Shown here: positions 48,391 to 61,451 of the stretch, piece after piece | How positions within the stretch are numbered: the first letter of the stretch is position 1 | How the letters are laid out: the number at the start of each line of letters is the position of its first letter | Source of the DNA: Thalia democratica | Taxonomy: Eukaryota | DNA length: 64,000 bases | Direction: 5' to 3' | NCBI GenBank assembly: GCA_965202585.1 | Contig: OZ241826.1 | Coordinates: 25,854,001 to 25,918,000 of the forward strand | The notes under the pieces: generated by a model | Told to the model about the DNA's origin: nothing | Database searches by the model: none | The model's input: the letters and a program-made list of their open reading frames with translations, nothing else | Position numbers and translations under genes: made by a program

Positions 48391-50994
48391 CTTTAAAGCT
48401 TTTGATCGTTGTAGCCTAATGAAAAAAATGTACATGTTTTGCAACATTTTTATTTCTAAATATTATTGTTTTATGCTACCATATGTTAACTAGTCGCTGG
48501 TTTTATATCTAAATTAAATGACTAATTAAGACAGTTATAGATCGTAAAGTTATGAGATTAACCACAGCTAATTAATTTCAAAATGCTAATTGAACTTACT
48601 ATAAAATCATTAAACTTCACTATTGCAGCTAGATAGGTTACAACAACAGTTATAACCTGGGTTAAACCAAAGCTTAACATTTACGAACCTATTTAAGACG
48701 ATTGAAACAACTATTAAGTCGATTTTCATTTTTGCTTTGATATAAAAGCAACAAGAACTATCGGCGTACAAGTATTTATTTGATAAAAGAGAGAAAGGTT
48801 AATTGCTTACAACTTGCCAACTGTAGAAAAACAAACAATTAATATTTGCACAGCTTTTTAAACTAACTTAACATTTGATATTCAGTTTTAATTCTAGTTT
48901 AATGGGCTTAATACCGATTTCAGTCACTAAATCTTGTTTAAACAGTTTGAATAAATAAAATAGTATTAAATAAAAATGATTGCACAAATTTTAAATATTC
49001 AATTTATTAAAAATTCAAATTAAATTATTTTTTCTTAAAATAAAAACTACTATTTTATGGGAACAACATTAGTCAGTGGAACACGACTAATAATGGCACA
49101 CTGGTCCCATGGTCTATAGTTTGTAGTCTTTGTAAGTTTTGTGAAAAATAAACATTTGTCATTTAAATAAACAATTTAACAAAAAGAATTACTTTAAAAC
49201 AAAACCTATCTATTTAAGAATTTAAAATCCGTAATCTTGACTAAATGTGAAACTTTATACAACTTGTTTTTAAAAAATGGTCACGTTTAACAAAACCACC
49301 CGATAACCTTGCGAAATACATTAGTAAAAGAAACAGGTTAATTTTGTCATTTTACTTTTTACAGTATTTTTATTTTTAAAACCTATAAATGAACAAATTT
49401 AAAGATGTCAGTCAAAATAAATTTATCTTTCTGTTGATAAGCGGAAATTTTAACCAACTTCTTGGGTGTTATAATTTGTTTTTGTAAAACTCTTAAGAAC
49501 ATGTCATTCTGTGGTCTCGGTAAAATTGATGGGATTGATTGTGTTTTAACTACTTTTATTTAATTAATTTTTGAAGTTAAGGCTTATGTTTTTCTTAAAA
49601 AATTATTGTATAACTACTTAAAATAAAATTAATCAATTTTTTAAAACTTAGTGGTTTTTATGTAATTTTAAACTTAACACTAATAAAATACAAATATTAA
49701 AATTATTAAATAAATTAAAGTTTTAGTACATTTTAATATTTGCACCCAGTAATTAAGTCAAGTCTTAAGAATTAATCATATTTAGTCAGACTTTTATATA
49801 CAAGTTTTTTAATATAACTTATAACTTTGAGCTAAATTAAACTAATATTTGATACTTATTAAGATCAATTACTAAAAAGTTGTTTTAAACTTTGTCAAAA
49901 AAATATAAAACGCTGAATTGCAGTTAATTTTTGTTATGTTTAGTATAGAAAATAAATATTTATAGAAATTACAACAGTGTTCTCGACGTTGCGGGCAGGG
50001 ATACCAACATCAAACTGTTTTCTGTCAGTCAGAACTTCAGACACTGAGAAGCATCAAATGTACAAACACTAAACCAATTAGCAGACAGAGTTGTCTTGTT
50101 AGAAAATGCAGAATCAAAAAATTTACTTGGCAGTGGACACCATGGGGACAAAATTTCAATATAATGTTTCTAAACCTAAAATATTTAATATATTAAGTTT
50201 TAGGTTATTAAATTTTCATGCATTTAATATAACTTACTGATAAAAAAGTTCAATTAACGTAACGACAAAACATCTTTTGACTTCAAACGTATTGGTCGAA
50301 GACAGTAAAACTTTTGTTTAACTAATATAAACATTACGTAAGTCCAAGCTCATAAAACAAATCCCTTTTGTTTATTTACGTTTGGCAAAGGCAAAAATCA
50401 AACAACATGAACTTATGTTTTTGGTTTATAGTTAAAGAAAATTTACTTGTAAAACTTTTTTTACTGACAGTTTAAATTTTGTTTTTTGCTTCCATTTAGT
50501 TTAACAATTAGAAAAGTAAGTCTGTTGACGAAGAACTTGATCATTTTTTTAGTTCTGATACTAAGAAAAATTTCTCAAAATTTTCTCAATATAAAAATTT
50601 TTTTAACTAAATATTAGTTTATCAAATATTTTTTTTAGAAAAAACTAGGTTTTGGTAATTTTTTAAAATAATTAATCTTTTATATTTAAAAAATATTTAA
50701 ATTTGGTTTAAATATAAACATAGCATCTCTGTACTTTAGTTATTAAAAAATGGTTTTAAGTACTTTTTCAAGGTTAAAAACAAGTTATTTATCTACATAT
50801 TCATGTAAGTACAATATACATATATTTGTTTAGAAAAGGTTAACAAATTAGAAAATAATTTTTGTTTATTTAATGGTATTTTTTAATAAACTTTAAAGTC
50901 TAGGTTATCTTGATAATCATAGATTTTAAAAATTTTGAAAAAACTAAATTTATTTGCCAATCGATAGTTAAAGTTTTTTTACTTTTATCTTTCA

Positions 50995-51390
50995 AGCTTT
51001 ATATGTCTTAACAGTCTTAACAACTAAATCGGAAAAACATTGCCACGCGACTATTAAGTTAAATTGTCTACCACATAATATTTAACGTATTAAAGAAAAA
51101 TTTAGCATATGTAAATATTGGTAGAAATTCTTTTTTGATGTTCATCATACTACTTTTACACAAAAAAGAATTTTTATTTTAGAAATTTTTAGCTTGTTTT
51201 TACCATACGTTGTTTTAAATATTTTGAATAAAATATTAGTTCAATAGTAAGACATTTTTTTCATCTTTAAAGCTTTATAAAGTCTTAAAATCCGTAGCCA
51301 CTAAATTCGAAAAGTATAGCCTCGCGACTATTAAGTTAAATTATCTACCATATAACATTTAATGTATTATAGAGGAATTAACTATATGTA
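50995..51390 (+). repeat. Local imperfect tandem duplication (~275-bp period)
   Basis: AGCTTTATA...CGCGACTATTAAGTTAAATT.TCTACCA.ATAA occurs at ~50995-51115 and ~51270-51390. A single reverse-complement counterpart lies upstream of copy A (~14640-14760). Confidence 0.6.
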
Positions 51391-54300
51391 ACAAATGTAT
51401 CACTTAATCTTTATTTTACTACTACTATAACAGAAGTTGTAATTTTTAGTTCACATACCTTTTTTATTTTGTTATAGTTAAACATATTAATGTAAGTAAT
51501 TGTTTTTTTTTGTTGGTAAAAACTTTTAAGGTACACATTATAACTGTTTTCTATTTATTTATTCATATATTTGTGGAATGAATATAACTATCTGCTATAC
51601 AATTAATACATGTTAATTTTTGATGCTAACAAATTTGTCATATAAACTGCTTAGACAGTTTAAGTATTTAAGTTTGTAAAATAAACACTAAAAATATAAT
51701 ATTGTTGCCAGTTAAACTTAAAACTACTTTTATATTAATCTTGTTTTTATTAGCTGTTATGTAGTTAATAACTTTGATATAAAGATAATAAAAAAGTGAT
51801 AAAATAAATTCAAAAACACTAAATCAACTGTCACAAGTTTATAATACTATCAATCATGATTTCCTAATTGTTTATTAAAAGGTCATTAAAAATGTATGAC
51901 AAAACTATTTAAACTCAAAACAGATTATTTCTTTTGATGTTCAATGCTATACTTTGATGTACAAATTATATGCTATTTGATGTTATAATTCATGTTTAGT
52001 ATACAAAATTTATTAGTATTAAAGTGGTTTGAAGAAAAGTTTATATAACATCATGACTTATTATAACCATGCTATTAAGTGTACTAGTATATATAGGGTT
52101 AATACATCAAAGAACATTTATGTACATACTTTTATTTACATTCAACAAATAATGTTTCAAGTGTGTTAATTTTAACTTAAGTTTTATTCATAGTTAATTA
52201 AACACACTGTAGCTATTAAAGTATAATAATTTTAGCTGCTTAAGTATTACTGGCAAAAGTTATTAACAAAGTTTTTAATATAAGTTATACAAAAAAATAT
52301 TATAAATTTTGACTGTTGTTTTGGTTAAAAAAAAATTTTTTCATTATTTTTTTTTTTAACAAAACAACATTTTATAGATGATAAAACATTTAAAGTTTTA
52401 CGGAGCAGTGAAAAAACTAACCTAATACAAATAACTAAATAAGTATTATCAAACGTAAAAGAACGCTTTGCAACATTTGGTTTACTTATAAAATTTGCTA
52501 AGTTTATTTTTAATAAAAAGAAGGTAATTAAGCCTAAGCGTTGACCAACTTTCATTATAAGGATAAATTTAGTAAGCTTCACAAGTTATAAAAAGTCATA
52601 CTATATTATAATTTTTTTTTATCTTTTAGTTCAAGTTTAAGAAATTAATAAATTAAATAACTTTTTAAAATTTTAGGCTTGTTATGGTACGTTGCACAGA
52701 CTTTTTATAAAATTTTTTAGATTTATTTTATAAAATGTTTTAGATTTATTTTAAGAACTTTTTCAAACTTCTGACAATAAAAATTTCTGTTTTATCAATG
52801 GTTTATTTAAAAAAATATTTATTATAAATTGTAAAAAAACCTACTTATTAATTTTTAGTTTACTACAATGTAAAAACAGCTGTATGGTTTTATAAAAATT
52901 ACAAACGTAATCATGTTTGCAATAACTGTATGAATAAAATTTACGCAACTGTCAATAAAACATGCTGAATTTAGTTTTAAAAAATTAAAAACTTTTTAAT
53001 TACTTACGTTATGAACAACATTTAACAGTGACGACTATGTTATTTCTTGAAATAAATTAATCATGTTTTGTTATATGCTAAAACAAACCACAAAAATATT
53101 ACATCCGATAAGAACAATTAAATACTAAAATATTGCAAACAAAATATAAAAAATATATTTTAGTTTTTATTACAATCAGTCATGTCAGTATAGAAAGTAA
53201 TAAAATTTAAGTTATATTTCCTGTTTAAGTCATGCATCACTCAAAGCAAATCAAATATATCACTTTTCCACAATATTATGGTTTTACACTTTCCATATTA
53301 TAAAATTTCTAAATAGGGAATATGATGTAATGTATTTTCAATTAAAGTTCATGGCTTTTTAGACTTAATTAGCAAAAATTTTGTATCAAATAGTTTTTAT
53401 TTTTTATTATTTAGTTTCTAGACTAATTAACTTAGTTTAAGTATAATATTTCAAGTAATATTAATTTAACCCTGTAAAAAGTTTTCTTATGCTTTTATTC
53501 AAAAACAAGAATTTCATTAAATGTCAATGAACTATTAGGTTTTCAACACCCAAGTAAAAATAGATTAATACATTTACAAAATAAACTTTTAACTGAAAAT
53601 ATAAAATATAAACTTTTTGATAAATCAAACATTAATTTTAGATCTACATGAATTTATTTTTACACTACTAATAGGTAGTGTATTAGCTGTATATATATTA
53701 TTTTATTCAAAAACAAAAGATTAAAATACTGCTGACTATTTGGGTGAAAAATGTTATTATGAGTATCAAAAGTTTTAATTAGAGTTAGTACCGGTTGTAA
53801 TGCCTGACTATATATACTTTAATTCACAATTTTTATTTTCGTTATAGTTAAATAATCGCAGCATAAGTGAGAATACACGAGATATTTAATATGAGATATT
53901 GAGTATAATAATTGGTATCGTTTGAGCTGCAACATTTGGAGAATACGTTAACCATTGCGCGGGAAATATGTAATAATTGTTAAAATAACTAAAAGTAAAC
54001 CATAATTGATGTTGAAAGCAAAAATGACATGTTGTTTTATACAAGCTTGTTTTTAACTTGCTTGGAATGTTCACGCTATATGGTTACTTGTGTAATCACT
54101 TACAAAAGATTAGCAGAATGTTTTGTTTGTCGTTATACTTTTGAGGTTCGTTTAATCGAGAACACTTTGATAATAAAACTAAAAAGTAAACGAAACTTTA
54201 CTATATCACTAATATTTCTTTGATTTGATTACAGTTTTCAAATAGTTTTTCAATTTATTTTTATTGATTTTGTCATTGTCAAAGTTTTCAAATGTTAAAA

Positions 54301-54655
54301 AAGATTATTAGGATTTATAGCCTAAACATTATTATAAAACAAGATGTGAGCTTGCATAAAAAACTAAAATTAAATCAACATCTAGAATTTTCCTTATTTG
54401 TATTCTGAAGATTTAAATACAAAAATATTTTGAAAACTGGTCAACAATTGAAGTTAAAAAAATGTTTTGTGGTATAGGTAAATGTAAAATAAATAATATT
54501 ATTTAGCTTTGTTAATTGTATCAACTTTATTATTTAAAACAAGTAGTATTAGTTTTTTTAATAAGAGTATCGAAGTTTATATACAATAACTATTGCTATT
54601 ATAACAACAAACAATAAAAGAACTTAAATTTTCTTTTATTTAATTTAACTCTTAA

Positions 54656-55329
54656 GGGCATAGGGGAGTTAACACCCATTTTTGGTGTTTGATCTTATTT
54701 TATATAGTTTTTACTAAGCTACAAAATGCTTTTTACAGATTTAAAAAATTCAGTTTTTTTTTTAGATATAGCCGGTCAAAGTCGGAGGCAGCTAAAGGTT
54801 TCTTATAGGAGGCGAAAACTAAAACGGCAAAAATTGACTATTTTACTAAAAATCTATCTTCTTCTACGTTTTTTGAAATAACTACCTCAAATTTTCCGGA
54901 AATGTTCCTTGATATATTTATGAAATTCCTTTGGAAGGAATTTTCAAAAATTAAAAAATTAAAATTTTAAATAAAAAATAAACAAAAAAAAAAATTTTTT
55001 TTATTTTTTTGTTATAAAATTTTTATTTTTTAATTTTTTTTAATTTTGTTTTGACAGAATTTTTCAAATATTGCAAGTTACATTTCCTAAAAATTTGAGG
55101 TAGTTATCTCAAAAAATGTAGGAGGAGATAGATCTTTAGTGATTTCTAGTTATTTGCCGTTTTAGTTTGCGCCTCCCAAAAGGAACCTTTTGTTGCCTCT
55201 AACTTTGACCGGCTATATCTCAAAAGTTATTTTGAATTTTTTAAATCTGTAAAAAGCATCTTGTAGCTTAGTAAAACCTATATAAAATAAGATCAAAAAC
55301 CAAAAAAGGGTGTTTACCTCCCTATGCCC
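54656..55329. mobile_element. Foldback MITE with TTAA target duplication (Kolobok-like termini)
   Basis: TTAA|GGGCATAGGG...CCCTATGCCC|TTAA; the two arms are reverse-complementary over roughly 300 bp. GG termini with TTAA fit Kolobok better than piggyBac (CCC termini). Confidence 0.85.
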
Positions 55330-58300
55330 TTAATATAGTTGCTTTGTTTTAGTGAAAAATATGTACATTAAAAGAAACGAAAACATATTTACCCACATAC
55401 ATCAAAGCCAGACATGTTAAAACGCTTTGCTTTGTTTACTCGAGCGTGAAATTACTAACTTAAAACAAACCAAAGTTTATACGCTTCATTGCTGAATTAC
55501 CATAGTAACTATTAGCATTTTACCAACTCTGATCAAAGCTGCAAAGTTGCTGCAATAATCTCTTGATTGCTGCAATCAATACCGCTGCAATTATTTAATC
55601 ATAAGGAGAAAGTTTTATTCGGTTTTACCGGTGCATAAAAAAAAGCTTAGCTACCATGTTTGTGTGATTTTATAAAATTAGATTAAATCTAATTAGATTA
55701 AATTTTGATATGGGTTAGAATTTCCGGTTTTAAACAGGTTAAATTTTTCGCTGGAGGTTTTTAATTTTGTTAATTTAACTATGACATAATTGTAACAAGT
55801 TTTCTTCTTAATTAAATAAACTTTGTTCGTTATCACGATTTTAGCTTCCAGAAAAAATATTACGTGTCATTTCCATAAATTTACATGTTTGATATTCAAA
55901 ACTTACAATTTTGTTGTTGCGGTTTTTGCCAAAACATTAAGCCTATAAATTAATAAACTATAGCTGTTTAAATAATGTTATTTAATTATAAGGGGAGAAG
56001 GTAGACATAAAACAACGCAGTTTGTTCTAAAATTTTTCTTTTAAGTTCTATGATTCTAAAAGAGTGCACCTATAAACCTTATTGTACTCACTGTTTAAAA
56101 TGTGAAAAAATAGTTAAGTAGTTATAAAACTTGCCTAAACAGTAATACATTTATGTCAAAGTTTTATAAATTTACTTGTTTTTTTTTATAAACTATATCC
56201 AATGACATTAAAATGTATCCAAGTTGTGTACGACTCGACAACCGAAAGGTTTTTTGTACACCAGGTCCTACGACCAATTATTTTGATTGCTTTTTTTTCG
56301 TTCAATAAACAATACTACTAAATATGTATGATAAATTGAACCATTTTAAGAGTTTTTTAAATAAAATGTTATTGTTACGTGTGCAAAAGTTTTAAAAGTC
56401 TCTTAAACTAAAGTTTTAAACTGCTAAACAAAGTTTAATAAAAATACTGACAGAAATATACTCTACGTTTTGTAATATGACACCGCTAAAAACAAATATA
56501 AATTTCAATCATCAAACAACTGACCTTTAAACATCAAAGAGACATCGCAAAAACTTGAATGAATAAATAATCCGAAAAACTTACAAAGTTGTCCACTATC
56601 TAGTCCGTGGTCTCGGCCAGTGTTTCTTGTTCGACCATTGGCCCAACTCACAATCGCTGTCCCCCGATTTCTACGTGAAGAGACAAAAATGGAAAGTCGG
56701 ATTAGGTAAAAGGGTAGGACTGTCACTACCACGATCGCTTGGTGTCGCATGGTGACCGACCAGTTTCCATGACAACCAGCAACACACTGGTTAGTGACCA
56801 GAGTGTTTTGTAAATTAGATTCATTAATAACTTTTCAAAGCATCTTATGTTCAAAACACTGATCTCTAGTTTAGTTGTCCAAAAGACTCTTGCACGCTCC
56901 AAGAACTTCACAAGTTTAATAAATGTGTTGCCATGATAATTTTTTCAACATTCATTGATATTTTAATCATTAGAAAGTCAACTTGTTTTGCGAAAAAAAA
57001 AGTAAAAGTTTCAGAGTCTAATTTGTATTTATGATTTTATATTTATAAAAGGTTAACAATATATGTTTTAAACAACTGTTTTTATAACAATTTGAAATGT
57101 TGTTATGGAAACTAGTAAATAAGTCAATATCAAGCCTACATATCTGAAATAATTAAAATTGCCACAGTCTAATAAATAGCTATTAACTATTTGACAATCA
57201 TGAGGTTTTAATTAACATGGTACCTTTGATTTAAAGAAGTGTTATGATGTACAAATGTGTAAGTTTAAACTTCTTTGCGTAATTGTAAAAAAATTCCTTT
57301 GAAGTATTCAGTTAGTGGAAAACAAATTCTTATAAATGATATACACAGAACAACTTTATTTTTGAACTATTAAAATTGCTATTTAGAAAAAAAAGGCACA
57401 AATTTCTTTTATTCATTTATAGGTTTTTTAAAAATTGTTAAATAAGTCGAAAGAAGCTTTAATTTAATGAAAAAGCTATTAAAAACAAATATTGTGTTAT
57501 ATAGATGACTATATGTCTGCTAAAAGGTTCATAATTGTTTGTTAGTGGTTATTGATTGTCACCACGAAAAGCAAGCTTTACATAAAATACTTATAAGCTT
57601 AAAAGGCATCAATCACTTATTAAGACACCAACATTAAAAATAACCCAAACACAAAATAATTAATTAAGTTTAATCACAAATAATTTTATGCGTTTTTGCA
57701 AAATATACAAAAATAATTAAAATACAAAAGCGTCTAAAACCTACGTAAACAAAATTTGCAAAACAAAATATTAATGTTCAAATAAATTTTACTAAAAAAT
57801 ATTATATGTTGCTAAAAAACAAAAAAAAAGCATTAAAACATTATTTTTTTATTGATACTAGAAAATAAAAGAAAAATGACCTAGCGTAAAGTTTACCGTG
57901 TCAAAGTGAACCAAGTAAGTTGTACTTTAAAAAAATCGTACCAAAACGCGCAAACTTCAAAATTTGTTTGGTTATAAAATTTCCACAGCTTTTTGCGTGA
58001 CTATATATTTTACAACTTTGTTTTTCGTGAAACTCGTTTAGATTTTTTAAAACTCAAACTAAAAACTTCCTTTTGAAAAATTTCTATAAAAAACTAAACT
58101 CCGATGCTACTAAAAGTTTATTTAGTATTAAAGTTGTAATTATTTATTTACATGTTGAACTCATTCCCATCTGCAAGGTACAAGGCTCAACAACTATTAT
58201 GACGTAACAATGCTGCAATTATGTTTGCAGATGAGTGTTTGTATATTTACCACTTGACACCTACTTTGTAGTAAACAAAAAAACTCAACAAAACAACTTG

Positions 58301-60782
58301 CTTTTTAACAGAAAAACATATTTACACTAAATTCCAAGCGTTAAGTTATACTTTGCGAAAAATGCTACTGTGTTTTTTTTTTAAACGTTTTATTTTTGTT
58401 TAAATCAAGCTTAGTTTGTTTTTGCGTTTATAAGAACATACTATTTTTTCTCTTTAAAAACAAGCCACAACAAAATTATTTATACAGACTGGTTTTATGC
58501 GAACAAACGATGATGGCATCATAATAGAACTGATAAGCCACAGCCATATAAGCGGAGATGAACGTCGTAAGTTCGAATCGGATTCTCAAGTCATCTACGA
58601 GAAACGTCACAATCAGGTGCATCAACGTCAAGGAGGAAAAAAAGAAGAAAAAATACAGTACTGTGGCAAAAGAAGAAGACGTAAGTTGATAATGTCATAA
58701 CTAAAACACTTTTGTAGAAAAGTATCAAGGTCTAGTTTTAAATATGTTAATAACTGTCTCAAAATTATCACCACATTTACGTTTTGATAACAAAAAAAAG
58801 TTAAGTGTATTGTAGGTTAAAGGTACTGAAACTTACGAAAATCAATATAAACTTTCAAGTATGGATTTAATTGTTAATGTAAAGCCCAAATTTATGAACA
58901 AACATATATAATTTATGCAGTTCATAAGCTACTACATTTTGTATGTATTATATACTGCTATGTGTTAAATACATACCAGTTTACTAACACAAAATAAACC
59001 TTTGCCATATCAATAAACCTAAAAAAATACATAAATATATATATACATAGTTACAGCATACTTTATCTTCCCCAAAAGTATTTTTTTGACGTAATAATTA
59101 AGCTATTTAGAAAGCTTTGAAAAGCCGCTTTCTGACCTCTTTGACATGTTTATCACTTAACAACCTCTAAAAGCTTTAAGGGTAATTCATAAAATAAACT
59201 TTCAGTTTATACCAAGTACTCCATTATTAGAAAGTTTTCAAATTCCATTGTTTACAGATGTCACCTATGCACTTCTGTCTAGTAAAGCAAAAAAGTCTTT
59301 TGTGTATTTGTTGTTATTGTGAAGTATTTTTTATATAAATTCTTGTGAGTAGGGGTTTTTGAAACATAAACAACAAAAACCAAGGGGTCTCAAGTGTCGT
59401 TGAAACGACCCAGAAATCGTTTTCCATTGTTAATTGTGAACTTGAAATTAGTATTTTATATAAGCAAATGAAGAGAAAGTAACTTCTCCAATCTAAACAA
59501 TGATAAGTCGATTTAAGCCTAGTTTTCTTGTGATATTAGTTTAAATCCTTTGTAAAGTTAAAATAACAAAACGTTTTTTCATTAGTTACCTTTTTGATAA
59601 AAAATTATTTGAAATATAATTTAAAAAAAATTAGTAAACGTTTGTTTTTTTTAAGCTATACTATAAAGAAATTATATTCTACAAACCTTCTTTTGTTTAT
59701 GGTAGTGTTTTTGTTTTTTTATTACTTGAATCAGTAACAAATTTAATTTTTTTTGAATTTTATTATACATATTATAAATTTAAGGTTGTATTTCAAATCC
59801 CTTAACATGTATAGAAGTAAAACAATAAACAAAATAAATTGAAATCACTTATCGTATGATTAATGATTTTCTTAATATAAGCTAGCAATTAAATTTAATT
59901 TAAACAAGTATAGTATTAAATCATCCTAAATTATAACTAACATAAAACATTTTAAAAATGGATGGTGTAGTTTTAAAATACCTGACGGATATAAGCATTG
60001 GCGATAAATTCACTTGATCAGCCGTAAATTTAAAGCGATTTAAACAAAATTTGTTGATTTTCACAAAAAAGTAGTTTACTTAAATCCTAATGAAATAATT
60101 TTTTTCTTTCCCTTTATAATTAAAAATAGTTGCACGAAACTTTCATCTTAATTATGAAGTTATTAATATTCTTATAGATTATATTAACTATTATTATTCT
60201 TAAATCAGGTGGTAGTGACGTATTGTCACTTATTCTTTAACTATAGTACACTAGATTAAAGTTATAGACTATATATATAGGTGTTTACGAAATTTTAAAT
60301 ACACCAGTGTACATAAAACTTTTATATTACAACAATATAAATATTGATAAAAAGTTTATTGAAAAGCATAAAAATGATGAAAGGAGTACTACAATCTATA
60401 TTCTAACTATTATGAATATGTTAAAGTTTTGTTTGGTGTTAAATTAAACGTGTTGAAGTTAAAAACAATTTATTAAAAGATAAACAAAAATAAAGTTAAG
60501 ACAATATCACCATAGTACTTTGAATAAAAAGGATATTAATTACGTGACTTGCAAAAAAGGAAATTAATTATAATGTTTTAAAGTATTTGACTCCAGATTT
60601 TCAAAGCTTTAAAGTATCGTCATAAACTTTGCCGATCAAACCCCAAGTGCGTTTTGAAGTAGCAAAATTTTATCACTATTAAATATTACCTTACCACAAG
60701 ATAAGTGCTTTTGTGTAAATTTTGTTACTTTACTATTAGTTTACATACTTCATTATGAATTAGACTAAAAAAAAATAAAAGA

Positions 60783-61451
60783 ATCCGTAACTTAGTGTTT
60801 GAATTTTCGCAGAAATATTATTAGAGTAATATGTAGATCGAATGTAACTTAATTGCTAACCTACCATAAAACTTTGAATTCAAATAATATGACTTTTAGG
60901 TGTACACATAACTTTTAATCTTATAACTAAAAGAATAATGTAAAACTAAAAGAGTAAATAGTAAACTTCTAATAAAAGACAACTGACCACTGAAAGTAGA
61001 AGTTTAACTAGAAACAAATTTGTAAAATTTTTAAGCGTTAGCACAAAATTAAAGCTATGCATAACAGGTGTTAAATATGTTATTATTCTCTAGTTTTTTT
61101 TAAACTTTGGTAACTGTTAACATCAAAATCTACGATCTTAACTACCATTCAAAACTGCTAACTACGTTTTAACATTAATAGAATTTTAACGAATATTAAC
61201 CGATTTTTAACGCGTTTTAATGATTAAATCTACAACACCTGTTTATGCATAAATTGTGTAAACGCTTGAACAATTTACAAACTTAATCTAATTTAACTTT
61301 AAGTTATATTACTTAGTGGCATGTTGATTTCAATTGAAAAAATTTATACTTGGATTCTAAGTTACATGGTAGGTTAGCAATTAAGTTACATTAGTTCTTC
61401 GTACTACCCTGATAATATTTCTAGGAAAATTCAAATACTAAGTTTACGGAT
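60783..61451. mobile_element. Degenerate MITE-like element with ~100-bp inverted repeats
   Basis: 60783-60880 (ATCCGTAACTTAGTGTTTGAATTTTC...AATGTAACTTAATTGCTAACCTACCAT) is the reverse complement of ~61351-61451. I could not resolve a TSD or the true ends. Confidence 0.55.

Larger units (their letters stand above)
42100..50485 (+). pseudogene. ADAMTS copy D, inverted and heavily deleted remnant
   Basis: Reverse-complement homology to A/B introns, in collinear order. Coding remnants: decayed exon-4 tail (~46030-46080); exon 10 at 47557-47719 (acceptor CAG>CCG, in-frame TAA); exon-20 tail (~49090-49125); exon 21 at 49978-50151 (open frame, donor lost). Outer boundaries are approximate. Confidence 0.85.

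Noticed and set aside
1143-53000. Short K/F/L/I-rich ORFs (1143..1337, 7512..7706, 15693..15914, 19118..19312, 27259..27441, 35001..35267, 40734..40916, 52325..52582)
   Set aside because: Composition expected from random AT-rich DNA; they are intronic or intergenic with no splice or paralog support.
56205-56280. Copy-C-specific GC-richer insertion containing ACAACCGAAA, as next to the ribozyme
   Set aside because: Only about 10 bp match, with no hammerhead core and no TSD.
56505-56911. Minus-strand ORFs 56505..56750 and 56726..56911
   Set aside because: Antisense to, or overlapping, the decayed exon 3 of copy C; no coding signature of their own.
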